Below, one piece after another: positions 28,359-37,341 of a stretch of DNA of 64,000 bases. Where the stretch lies: the IMG/VR virus record IMGVR_UViG_3300007754_000004, positions 20,413 through 84,412 of that record. One strand, given 5' to 3'. Under the pieces are notes generated by a model that was given only the letters and a program-made list of their open reading frames with translations, was not told where the DNA came from and did no database searches. A program made the position numbers and the translations under genes. Origin of the DNA: a virus. Positions within the stretch are counted from its first letter, which is position 1, and each line of letters starts with the position of its first letter.

Positions 28359-29656
28359 TTGAGCCTCTTGGTGTGCTTGCGACCAGGGATGCTGCTCGAG
28401 AACGAGTTGCTGGTCGGCTCCAATACATCACCGTCCGTGTTCATCTCGACGACCTCGTTCGGATCGCGGGACAACTCCGTCAAGATGTGAGCAGCCAGAT
28501 GAGCGGCGAATTGCGGCGGCACGGCGTTGCCAATCTGCTGAAACCTGTCGTCAAATGGTCCCTCAAACATCCAAGAGGAGGGGAAGGCTTGCAACAGGGC
28601 CGCTTCTCGGATGGACAGGCCACGGTCTTGTTCCGGATGAACGTACCGACCGCTGGCCGGATTGCGGGAGTAGCCGGTGATCGTGTTGGCAGGTCGATCC
28701 CAGAACATGCGCCCGTAAACATCACGGTAACCATCCACTCTGTCGAGGCACTTTGGACCTACGCCGGGTGGTCTTGAGCCGCCGTCCTTGGGGATTTGTC
28801 GAATCGTAGCGACGGTGCTGGCTCGGTGTCGGGTACAGGCATGCATCGGATCGTCGGGTGACGGGGAGCGGGGCCCGATGGGAGGCAGGTGCCCAATGGC
28901 GGAGCGTACGGTGCGGTAGTCAGCGCTGTCGGTCAGGAAGGGGTCAGGCATTCGGAATGGGCGTGGAGAGGCCAACACCAGGGCTCGGAATCGGGCCTGA
29001 GGTACACCAAAACCAGCAAGGTTGTGGATGCGGGCCCGCACAATGTAGTCGGGATCGAGCAATTTCTTCAGGGACTGAAAACGGTCTAAGTACTTATGAG
29101 CCAGCAACTCCGGCACATTTTCCATGACTATGAAGTCAGGGTTGAGACGGCGTGCGATGCGAGCAAAGGCGTCTACGAGGTGGTTGCGTTCGTCAGATTC
29201 CCGGCGAAGGCGCTTTCCGTGAGCGGAGAAGCCCTGACACGGGGGCCCCCCGATGAGAACCTTGGGGGCCCCCGAAACGAGGCCGAGGCTACTCAAGAAG
29301 TTGTCGATGTTGTCATCGGATGCCGCGACAACGGCCAGATCTTCTCGTCGCACCCGTACCGGCAGGTTGCGGTCGAACGTGTCGGCCGCGTGGGGGTCGA
29401 GGTCTGCCGCACCCGCCAGTCGGAAACTGTTGATAGAGCGCCCGATAGCTTCAAAGCCGGCAGCAAGCCCACCACAACCGCAGAAGAGGTCAATGACTTC
29501 GATCGGGCCGGAGGCCGGGGGGGCTTGAGGATCGAAGGCGGCGACAGCCTGCTCCGCTATCGCGCGGAGTGGATACCGAGCCCCTTCTCCGCCTTGGCCC
29601 TCTCGACTTGTGGCCAACGGTTTCGGCTGAATCTGGCTGGACGGGACAATTCTCAT
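28355..29656 (-). CDS. DNA (cytosine-5)-methyltransferase 1
   Basis: Motifs DLFCGCGG, GGPPCQGFS, MENV, PQARFR, REAALLQAFP, GNAVPP; start MRIVPS at 29656 overlaps the RHH stop (TGATG); the track extends it to 29779. Confidence 0.95.
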   Translation of the reverse strand: MRIVPSSQIQPKPLATSREGQGGEGARYPLRAIAEQAVAAFDPQAPPASGPIEVIDLFCGCGGLAAGFEAIGRSINSFRLAGAADLDPHAADTFDRNLPVRVRREDLAVVAASDDNIDNFLSSLGLVSGAPKVLIGGPPCQGFSAHGKRLRRESDERNHLVDAFARIARRLNPDFIVMENVPELLAHKYLDRFQSLKKLLDPDYIVRARIHNLAGFGVPQARFRALVLASPRPFRMPDPFLTDSADYRTVRSAIGHLPPIGPRSPSPDDPMHACTRHRASTVATIRQIPKDGGSRPPGVGPKCLDRVDGYRDVYGRMFWDRPANTITGYSRNPASGRYVHPEQDRGLSIREAALLQAFPSSWMFEGPFDDRFQQIGNAVPPQFAAHLAAHILTELSRDPNEVVEMNTDGDVLEPTSNSFSSSIPGRKHTKRLK

Positions 29657-29865
29657 CAGGGCTGCTTCCGGTTGACGGGGTCGAAGAGGGGGCGTTGTTC
29701 GGGGAAGCCGACCGCGTCCAGGTGTTGCTTGATCAGGTGATCTGCAAACGTGCTTTTCTTGCGGCATGTCTGCTCGCAATAGGCTTGGTAGCGCTCATAC
29801 TCAACAAGGCTGAGGCAGACGGTGATGCGTCGAGTGGTCTGGTGCTGTTTGCTCTCCGCAGGCAT
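29656..29865 (-). CDS. ribbon-helix-helix (CopG-like) transcriptional regulator
   Basis: RRITVCLSLVEYERYQAYCEQTCRKKSTFADHLIKQHL beta-alpha-alpha pattern; AGAGGAG SD; first gene of the operon. Confidence 0.7.
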   Translation of the reverse strand: MPAESKQHQTTRRITVCLSLVEYERYQAYCEQTCRKKSTFADHLIKQHLDAVGFPEQRPLFDPVNRKQP

Positions 29866-29886
29866 GGGTCGCTCCTCTCTCCCGGC

Positions 29887-29954
29887 AGTATAACAAGCCT
29901 GCACAAGATTGCGCAAAACATCTCAAAAGTGCGCACTCTTACGTCATAGTGCGC
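29887..29954 (-). promoter_or_regulatory. sigma70-like promoter with phased TGCGC operator-like array
   Basis: TTGCGC-N18-TATACT with extended TGn; GCGC at 29911, 29931, 29951. Confidence 0.65.
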
Positions 29955-29973
29955 TATTCGCCGAAGGAAGCGA

Positions 29974-30148
29974 AGCGGGCTACTTCCACAACGTCGGCCA
30001 CGAAGCTGTCGTGCTGAAGACGGATCTCTCGCCGGAGCTGGTGGCAGCGTCCATCGCAACCACCTCTGGGCTTCAGGGGCAGGTGCGACACAGCGGATCC
30101 TACCCGAACACCTACCGCTGGATCAGCTACGAGGTCTCCTCGACGGAG
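29974..30148 (+). repeat. 175-bp direct repeat, right copy
   Basis: Matches 27041..27215 at 174/175 positions, offset 2933. Confidence 0.97.
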
Positions 30149-30185
30149 GCCCGACGCCGGGACTTCGGAACCTACACCCGATTCT

Positions 30186-30878
30186 CTATCGAAGTCCGGC
30201 GCCTGACATAGTCACCTCGATAGCGACGTAGGTGTAGCGGTCATCCTGAGTAGGGACGCTCCCCGTAGTCACCACTAGCGTGTGGTCTCCCCGATCCCAC
30301 TCGCGGTAGACTCGGACATATCCCCACTCGACTGCGTAGAAGAAGGGGACTTGGCTGCTCTCCCAATCCCGACAACGGAAGTTGGTGAAGTAGCCCTGAG
30401 CGGAGGGGTTGCTCCAATCGCAGTGCTTCCCGGGCGTCCGGGAAGGGGTCGGGAGGGAGCGCATCCTTCCCCGGCCCTCCTTCAACCAGAGTGCCTCATC
30501 CCAGACGAAGGACTCTTCGTACTCCCCCTTGAGGGACGCCGTGAGAGCCTCGAAATAAGCCCACTCTTCGTCGGTGGATCGCTCAGGGCTGTAGAAGAGC
30601 TGGCTGTCGTTCCCAGGGTACAACGGCTCCGGGAGGAACAACCACTGAACCAGTGTCCCCCCTTCGTCGAACCTGTACTCCGTCTCCCCCGCAACCCCCA
30701 TCCGAGTCTCCTTGTACCGGAGAATACCGGACTGGACCAGGAGAGGCGGGAGGCCCTGATGGGCGTGGCGGACCAGATGCTCGGAGGAGCCCAGCGGGGG
30801 CCCCATCATGTCAAAGGTCACGGGGCCCTTGTCACAAGCCAGGGTCAGCAGGCAGAAAATCGTCGGGGGAAGTCTCAT
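30186..30878 (-). CDS. putative lipoprotein
   Basis: MRLPPTIFCLLTLA-C lipobox-like signal; class A motif upstream. Confidence 0.6.
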   Translation of the reverse strand: MRLPPTIFCLLTLACDKGPVTFDMMGPPLGSSEHLVRHAHQGLPPLLVQSGILRYKETRMGVAGETEYRFDEGGTLVQWLFLPEPLYPGNDSQLFYSPERSTDEEWAYFEALTASLKGEYEESFVWDEALWLKEGRGRMRSLPTPSRTPGKHCDWSNPSAQGYFTNFRCRDWESSQVPFFYAVEWGYVRVYREWDRGDHTLVVTTGSVPTQDDRYTYVAIEVTMSGAGLR

Positions 30879-30903
30879 CTCATTGCTCAGTAGTTCCCTT
30901 CCC

Positions 30904-30930
30904 TATACGAACCCGCCCAGGAAACTTTCC
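30904..30930 (-). promoter_or_regulatory. putative promoter, class A
   Basis: GGAAAG-N14-TCGTATA. Confidence 0.55.
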
Positions 30931-30975
30931 GAAGAAAGATTCCAAGAAACCTGTGGGCCCGCGTATATAGGGGGT

Positions 30976-33900
30976 TTACGAGCGGATAATTTCCAAACCC
31001 ACGAGGCCGCGGAGGTTATCTACGGTGCCGCTGCTACCCCCCTGCTCCAGGTTGAGGGCCTTCCCTCCGGCGGTATCCTTGATGATAACCTTCACGAGGA
31101 CCGGGACGGTCCCTTCAGCGGAGACGAAGAGAGTCGCCGCTGGACCTACGTGGACCCGCACCTGACACTCCACAACGCCCGAGACAGCGTCCACATCATC
31201 AAACGTGGCAGGTCCCGTGACCTGACAGCCGGCTCCATCTTGGAAGGAATCCTGCTTGCTAGGGCCGGCACCGTCGCCCCGCCCAAGGTCCATCCAGGTC
31301 GTCCGTCCAGGGACCTTGACCAGGATAGCAATCTCCGGAGCCCCAGGCCCGGGAGGATCGTAAGCGAAATCGTTGAGGAGAAGGCCCTTCACCTTGAGAG
31401 TGAATAGGGCTGAACCTTCGGCTGCAACCGGGGTACCCGAATTCTTGAACCCTACATCGAAGGCTCGGATGTAGATCCGGTCTCCAGTCTCCGAGCTGTA
31501 ATCCGGCTGGTCTGCGGCGATATCAGAATCCCCTGAAGGACCGGAGGGACGCATCCCGGAGCTGTAGTCGTGCTGGGGGAAAATCAACACGCCTGCGCTG
31601 GGGAAAGCAGACGCCACCCCGTCCGAGAGGGGCGGGTTCCGATCCGGGAGACCCGCGACCTGAAGCTCTCCCGCAGGGATGGAGCTGAGATGGTTCCCAA
31701 GCTGCACCCAGGAACTCGTATCGTAGCCCGAGACCGCCGTAGTCCCCGCTCGTACAGGGACGTCAATCGCAGAAGAGGCCCCGCCGAGCCCTGGCCCCAC
31801 CAGGAGAGCCTGATCTCCCGCCGACACCCCCGGGAAGGTAGCATCATAGCGGTAGACCTCATCAAGGAACCGCTCCTCTACGTCCTTCTGAGCCGTCTGA
31901 GTACCCGCCGCCGCAGTGGTCGCCGTCGCGGGGTTGGCATACACGGACTCATCGGTGCTGTGGAAGAGCAGGGTGTCCCCGTTGGTCTCCAGAATCGTTG
32001 TTCCATACACGGCCGTCGCCGCTGCGCTGTTCCCCAGGGGACGACGGATAAACATCCTGACCCGAGCATCCCTGGAGAAGCTGGGAGCCGAATCGTCCCC
32101 CGTGGGCTGGAAGCCTGTACCGGCGATCGTAAAATCAGCCTTGTCCGTGAGACCAGGAGGGGCGACCAGGGAGAAAGGACCGTCAGTGTCCCCGAGATGA
32201 GTCATGTTCATCTCAATCCGGCCTGCCTTGGACGTGCCTGTACCAGCGGGCACGGAAAAGGTCGTCCCCTGAGCGAACGGGCCCACCCAGAGGAAACCGA
32301 CGTCAGGGCCTTCCAAGCCAGAAGAAGCGGGGGTCCCGTTCCCCACTCGATAGCTGCTATCCCAGACCCCCGTCGCCTCCATCGGGAGCGACGTGATCTT
32401 CCAGGGGTTGAGCTGGGTGGACGGGATGAAGTAGCTGACACCGCTCAACACCTGGACGTTCACCGGAGAACCCGGGTCAAAGGTGTAGACCGTGTTGACA
32501 AACACGGGAGCCGCCGTGCCGTCATCATCCTCGATATGAGCACCGCGGACGATGCGGTAGCTCCCCGCCGGATCGAAGGGCGAGGAACCCGTGGAGAGGT
32601 TGGCCGGAAGCTCCACGTTGGTCCAATTGACGATATTGGCAGACCATAGGGCACTGTCCGCAGGGGAGGTGCCGTCCACCACGAGGGCCTCAAAAGCGGC
32701 CTCCGTCTTGAAGTGGAGGAGCAGGAAGGAGCCGATATCCCGGGCGTCGCCGCCAGCTACCGTGGGGAACTCGAACCGCTGACGGAAACGAGCCAATTGG
32801 AAGGTCCAATAGGTCGTCTCAAAATCGGTGAAATCACCCGCCTGAGTGAGATCCGTCCCTGCATTGAGGGCGATTGTCGGCTTGCTGAAATAGCGAGTCC
32901 GCTCTGCCGTCGGTGTGAATCGCAACCCCGTCGAGGTGCTGTAGTCGTTCAGGTAGGGCAACCTGTATCGGAAGAAGTTGTTGTCATCCCGGTTGTCCGC
33001 CGCTCCCGCGAGTGTGGGAGCCGACGCGGAGGTAGTTCCCCCGAGGATATCGAAGCCCAGACGGGTCATGCCGACCGTCGTGTCCGCCGCCGGGGGGGAG
33101 ACGCCACCCGTGGAAGAGACTCCCGTGTGCAACTCAGAGAGATCAAACTGACCTGTTGCTCGCCCAGGGAAGGTATAGGGATCAAAGCCGTCTGAAGTCG
33201 AGTCTCCCAGCGTGAACATCCCGCCCGGGTCACCGTCGCATCCAGAAACCTTCCCCGATCCAAGGGAGAGAGCGGCGATGCACCGAAGGTTCTGAGCCTG
33301 ACCGGTGAAATCCGCAAGGGTTCCTCCGGCTGGGAAGTACAGGAGAGCCAACACGCCTCGATCAGCGGGGTAAACCGCGCCGCTGACTACAGCGTAGCTG
33401 TTCCCTGATCCGGGCTTCGGCATCACCCGAGCGGTCTCGATGACCGCACTCCCCCGAGTGAACCCGCCCTGATAAGTGTCCCCTGAACCCCCGCCCGTAT
33501 AAGTCCCGTCCGCGACGTTGAAGGTGCTGTCCGTTGAGGGGTCATTCCCCGGCGTCGTGAAGCCGTCAGCGTACTTCGGGAGGACGTGGAAATAGGGGTA
33601 GATATCCGTGTCAGCGTTGGGGGCTGTTATGTCCGGACATGTCACCACACCATTAGCGACGAGGCCGGCGTCGTTCAGCTTCAGGACTCCCCAATCCGGG
33701 ACACCAGAGAACGTCAGGTAGCTGAGATCCTTCCCCAGACCAGGAGGTCGGGGCGGAACCAGAGCAGCCAGCTCGTCAAAACCCTCCTGCGTGCTGTCTC
33801 CGTCAAAGGAGCCCGACTCGTCTTCCAGAGCGATGGCTGACGCCGCGTGAGCGGCTGTCGGGTCATCAACATGCCCGCTGACGCTGGAAACCCCGCCCGC

Positions 33901-33990
33901 GCTTGGGGCAAGGGAAACAGCCTCAACGCTGTCCTGGGCAGCGAGACCCGACCCGACCTGGAGGTCACCGGGGTTGTTACTACGAGGCAT
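30976..33990 (-). CDS. virion structural protein (1004 aa, tail-fibre-like N-terminus)
   Basis: HVDDPTAAHAASAIAL...QEGFDEL motif seen in tail fibre N-termini; TGATG-coupled to the upstream virion gene. Confidence 0.75.
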   Translation of the reverse strand: MPRSNNPGDLQVGSGLAAQDSVEAVSLAPSAGGVSSVSGHVDDPTAAHAASAIALEDESGSFDGDSTQEGFDELAALVPPRPPGLGKDLSYLTFSGVPDWGVLKLNDAGLVANGVVTCPDITAPNADTDIYPYFHVLPKYADGFTTPGNDPSTDSTFNVADGTYTGGGSGDTYQGGFTRGSAVIETARVMPKPGSGNSYAVVSGAVYPADRGVLALLYFPAGGTLADFTGQAQNLRCIAALSLGSGKVSGCDGDPGGMFTLGDSTSDGFDPYTFPGRATGQFDLSELHTGVSSTGGVSPPAADTTVGMTRLGFDILGGTTSASAPTLAGAADNRDDNNFFRYRLPYLNDYSTSTGLRFTPTAERTRYFSKPTIALNAGTDLTQAGDFTDFETTYWTFQLARFRQRFEFPTVAGGDARDIGSFLLLHFKTEAAFEALVVDGTSPADSALWSANIVNWTNVELPANLSTGSSPFDPAGSYRIVRGAHIEDDDGTAAPVFVNTVYTFDPGSPVNVQVLSGVSYFIPSTQLNPWKITSLPMEATGVWDSSYRVGNGTPASSGLEGPDVGFLWVGPFAQGTTFSVPAGTGTSKAGRIEMNMTHLGDTDGPFSLVAPPGLTDKADFTIAGTGFQPTGDDSAPSFSRDARVRMFIRRPLGNSAAATAVYGTTILETNGDTLLFHSTDESVYANPATATTAAAGTQTAQKDVEERFLDEVYRYDATFPGVSAGDQALLVGPGLGGASSAIDVPVRAGTTAVSGYDTSSWVQLGNHLSSIPAGELQVAGLPDRNPPLSDGVASAFPSAGVLIFPQHDYSSGMRPSGPSGDSDIAADQPDYSSETGDRIYIRAFDVGFKNSGTPVAAEGSALFTLKVKGLLLNDFAYDPPGPGAPEIAILVKVPGRTTWMDLGRGDGAGPSKQDSFQDGAGCQVTGPATFDDVDAVSGVVECQVRVHVGPAATLFVSAEGTVPVLVKVIIKDTAGGKALNLEQGGSSGTVDNLRGLVGLEIIRS

Positions 33991-36900
33991 CAGCTACTCA
34001 CCGTCAACAAGAGGTTGCGAGTCCGATAAACCGCGGCACAGGTTCGGTTACCTGAGTCCACGAATCGGACAGTGTTTTCCTCGTCCAACTCTGCAAGGCG
34101 ACTGACCACCACCAACAACACCTCATCCTTCCGGAAGAGCAGCGAGTCCGCCGTCGCTCGGGCCAGGAAAGGAATGAAGACCTTGTGGCGGACGACTCCG
34201 CTGAGACCCTGGGCGAACGCGGTAGGCCGGTAAGAGGAGGTGTCCGAGACCTTGTACATTGCCCGGAACTCAACATCCTTGTCCGCAGACGAGAACGTGA
34301 AGTTCCCGGTGCCGTCTACAGGAACCAGCCCACGGAGGTTGAGCAACCCTGTCTCTGCGTTGAAATCGTCAATGGAGATGTTGCTCGTCGCCGCGAAGTA
34401 CCACTCACCTGGGAAGTTGCTGGTCCCGTCGTCGTTGACGGGAATCTGATCCAGGGGAGCCAGATACGGGTAAGGCAGATCGACCGACCCCATCCCTACC
34501 TGACCCGTCCACAGCCCCTCGGACATAACCAGAGGTTCTACCGTCAGGGGATCCGGAAGCTCGCTCATCGGAGCGTTTCGAGTGCCCACAGTTTGAGGTG
34601 CGTTGCTACGGAAGTAAACCCCGACCTGATAGCCGCCCCCGCTGGCACCATAGTTCGGGACCGGGTCCTGAGCGAAATACGTGATCTGGCAGAGGGTCTG
34701 CCCCGCTCCGGAGAGAGGATCCTTGGACGGTGATCCACCCGCAGTGTCGAGCACGATCTTTCGGCTACTCGACCCGTACTCGGTAGACGCAGCGGCTACA
34801 TCATGTGCCTGAGAAGCCACCTGATCCGTAACCCCCGTGAGGTGAGACCCTGACCCGTAGATCCGGCGAAGAGGGTGGATGTTGGTCGTGTCCCGTGAGA
34901 CCACCGTGTCCGTGATAGGGGTACCTGATCCGAAACCGGTCCCGGGGTCGTTCGCTATATACTCCAGCCCGACCTCACGATAACCGCTACGGAAAGTCGG
35001 GCTCAAGAGATTCTCCATGTCGCCGGGGCGTTGGCTGGTGGCGTTCTCCAGAACCGGACCACGAGGCCAGGGGCCAGCGTCCGGGCTCAAGGTCACGTCC
35101 GGGGTATCCGTGACGCCCACACCCATCGGGTAGGTCAGCTCAACCTCAAGGAAGACCCGCCGCTGAGAACCAACGTCCGAGCTGGTGCCCACCATCGCAT
35201 GATCAGGGTTCCCAGAGTCGCCCCCGTTCACCTGAACCTCATTAGCGTCCAGAGTGAGCTGGAGATGACCCGTCCCGACCCCGGTGATGGACTTGAACTG
35301 GACCGCCTGATCTACAGCGGTGGTGTAGTGCCCGTCATCATGCCACGCCCCGAGAACATCCGTAATCATCGTCCCTGGAGGAGCGAAATCAAGAACACTC
35401 GCGTTGTGACCAGGACCGGGGCCCGAGAAGGTCGCGTTCGCGGGATCAAAAGCCCCCATCGTGGAAGCATTCAACTCCGTCAAGTCCAGGTTGAGAACGT
35501 CGCCCTCACCCCAGCCATTCCAGGCTCCATTCGCCTGGGCCACATACTTCCCAGGGTATGTCCCTGAGTCATAGGAAGGCACGAACTCGAAAACCACCCG
35601 CTCGACCACCGCCTGATCAGCAAATCGTCGAGCGACGTGATCGAAATTCCGGATCGTGTCACCGCGAGTTGTCGAACCGCTCGTGGGGTTGTTTCCGCCG
35701 TGGGTCGTGTCTCGGCCAATCTGATTGCAGACCAGGAACTTCGTGGACACATCACCCGAGCCTGACCCGAGGGTCTGCTTGTCCGAAGCGTCCACAGCCC
35801 AGGTAGCCGTCTGCCCGTCAAGGAGACTCTGCATCTGGAATTGCAGCTCAGCGGCGAAGTCAAAGCCCATCGCCGCGACGTGCCGCCGGAGGTCAAGGAG
35901 GTCCCGGCTGTTAATCGCGTCCGAGAAGGCGCCGTCAGGACGATCGGACTCTCCCACCGCAATGACACCAACCTGAGGATTCGTGAACCCCGTGTGCGTG
36001 CTGGGGAGCCCTCCGTTCGCGTTCGTCTGCGGATCCCAACCTGATCCAGCCCCCCCGTTGTAGGAGTTGTTCCGCCGGAACACGAAACATACCGGGATGG
36101 CGTAGACGAAACCATCTACCGTGCCCAGAGCACTCGCCGCAGTGGAGGAACCATCACCCGCGACCCACAACCCGCTGTCCTCTCGATCATAGGCGACAGC
36201 GGAGCTGTTGGAGCTGGTAGAAGACAGGTCCGCGGCGACAAAGGGATAGCCAGCGACCGGGCTGGCTTCCGCCCCTTGAGCGAGAATCGCGGTGTTGGAG
36301 AAACCCTCGGGCTGTGTCTTGTGGTTGACCGCGATGGTCTGACCCGTCGTGCGAAGCCGATACTGGACCTGCACCCGCTTGGTCGTCTCCGCGTCCACCA
36401 CCGTGTCCTCGATATCATCATCAAGCCACACGCCGCTGGGAGAGTCTACATTGCCGTGCCGGTAGATCTTGTCCTGAGCAGGCTTGTTCGCCGTATCAGA
36501 ACCCCCAGCCAGAGTCGCCCCGGATAGGACGAAAGCCGTCGCATCGCTAGTCGCCAGAGTGATCGAGTTGCCGGCGGCGCCTGGGGTCGCGGCCTTGACG
36601 GTGACCGTGTCCGTTCCGTTGGACGCCGCGGTCACCGTCGTGATGTAGGTCCCGATAGCCGAAGCGAGGTTGGACGCCGTCAGAACATCCGACGCCCCAA
36701 TCAAAAACTCGTTCGCCCCGGGAGCAGCAGCCCTCGCCGTCAGCACAGTCCCGTCAATGGTCGTTGTGTCCCCGTCGTCCATATTGGAGGTGACCGTCTG
36801 AATAGTCCCGGACGCCCGAGGGGACCGAGAAACCAGGGCTCGCCACACCTCCAAGAAGACAAAATCTGTCCGCTTCACGTCCGGGGCTGAGCCCCCGAAG

Positions 36901-37280
36901 ACCGGAGCCGAGTCCAGGGTGATCAGGTTGTCTCCGCTCGTGGTGGTCCCCGTAAACTCAACCACCACAGGCATCCCGGCGACTACAGCGGTCCTCCTCG
37001 TCATATGGAAGGCGTCAACCGCAAATCCGGGATCCGCAGGAAGATCAAAGCTGAAATCGGCGTACCCGTTGTGTCGAGTCTGACCCCTGAGCCAACCCGA
37101 GGGATGCTGCCATTGGCGGAGCAAGCCCCGAACCTCTTGAGCGATATCCCCCGGGAGGTTCAAATCCGCGTCCAAGACCGGATGACCCGCCTGCATCACC
37201 ACGGCATCGAAGGACCGCTCCCCTGCGGGGAGATGCCGCGATACATCTGATCCCGAGAAATACTTATCGCGGTTCGCCAC
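33990..37280 (-). CDS. virion structural protein (1096 aa), paralog of 2083..7434
   Basis: SFDAVVMQAGHPVLDADLN N-terminus; shared RTDxVFLEVW, ETTxRxQxQYRxR, LWxAGDG, DGxVYAIP, RPDGxFxD..LDLRR. Confidence 0.8.
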   Translation of the reverse strand: MANRDKYFSGSDVSRHLPAGERSFDAVVMQAGHPVLDADLNLPGDIAQEVRGLLRQWQHPSGWLRGQTRHNGYADFSFDLPADPGFAVDAFHMTRRTAVVAGMPVVVEFTGTTTSGDNLITLDSAPVFGGSAPDVKRTDFVFLEVWRALVSRSPRASGTIQTVTSNMDDGDTTTIDGTVLTARAAAPGANEFLIGASDVLTASNLASAIGTYITTVTAASNGTDTVTVKAATPGAAGNSITLATSDATAFVLSGATLAGGSDTANKPAQDKIYRHGNVDSPSGVWLDDDIEDTVVDAETTKRVQVQYRLRTTGQTIAVNHKTQPEGFSNTAILAQGAEASPVAGYPFVAADLSSTSSNSSAVAYDREDSGLWVAGDGSSTAASALGTVDGFVYAIPVCFVFRRNNSYNGGAGSGWDPQTNANGGLPSTHTGFTNPQVGVIAVGESDRPDGAFSDAINSRDLLDLRRHVAAMGFDFAAELQFQMQSLLDGQTATWAVDASDKQTLGSGSGDVSTKFLVCNQIGRDTTHGGNNPTSGSTTRGDTIRNFDHVARRFADQAVVERVVFEFVPSYDSGTYPGKYVAQANGAWNGWGEGDVLNLDLTELNASTMGAFDPANATFSGPGPGHNASVLDFAPPGTMITDVLGAWHDDGHYTTAVDQAVQFKSITGVGTGHLQLTLDANEVQVNGGDSGNPDHAMVGTSSDVGSQRRVFLEVELTYPMGVGVTDTPDVTLSPDAGPWPRGPVLENATSQRPGDMENLLSPTFRSGYREVGLEYIANDPGTGFGSGTPITDTVVSRDTTNIHPLRRIYGSGSHLTGVTDQVASQAHDVAAASTEYGSSSRKIVLDTAGGSPSKDPLSGAGQTLCQITYFAQDPVPNYGASGGGYQVGVYFRSNAPQTVGTRNAPMSELPDPLTVEPLVMSEGLWTGQVGMGSVDLPYPYLAPLDQIPVNDDGTSNFPGEWYFAATSNISIDDFNAETGLLNLRGLVPVDGTGNFTFSSADKDVEFRAMYKVSDTSSYRPTAFAQGLSGVVRHKVFIPFLARATADSLLFRKDEVLLVVVSRLAELDEENTVRFVDSGNRTCAAVYRTRNLLLTVSS

Positions 37281-37316
37281 GTAGCCTCCGAAGGACTCGA
37301 CCTTACCTGCTGCCTG

Positions 37317-37332
37317 CTATAGAGCGCCTACC
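37317..37332 (-). promoter_or_regulatory. putative late promoter, class B
   Basis: GGTAGGCGCTCTATAG. Confidence 0.6.
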
Positions 37333-37341
37333 GGAAGAGGA

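Larger units (their letters stand above)
27216..29973 (-). mobile_element. inserted 2758-bp cassette (RHH regulator plus two C5 DNA methyltransferases) between direct repeats
   Basis: Bounded by 175-bp repeats that duplicate part of the interrupted gene; different codon and oligonucleotide usage; own sigma70-like promoter. Confidence 0.85.
26787..30211 (+). pseudogene. membrane-anchored hypothetical protein (163 aa when rejoined), interrupted by the methyltransferase cassette
   Basis: 26787..27215 (143 codons) joins in frame to 30149..30211 (ARRRDFGTYTRFSIEVRRLT*); N-terminal TM helix; as it stands it reads into a chimeric 416-aa ORF ending at 28037. Confidence 0.7.

Noticed and set aside
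27041-30148. Repeat pair as a DGR template/variable repeat or as IS/attL-attR ends
   Set aside because: Only one mismatch and no pattern of adenine-specific changes; no reverse transcriptase, transposase, integrase or terminal inverted repeats in the window.
29909-30211. 100-aa plus-strand ORF
   Set aside because: Consists of the duplicated repeat plus the orphaned 3' end; the TTG start lies in the cassette promoter with no SD.
30941-30970. Plus-strand GCGTATA half-sites at 30961 and 14847 as class A promoters
   Set aside because: No matching -35 hexamer at the 14-nt spacing, and the 30961 copy has no downstream gene.
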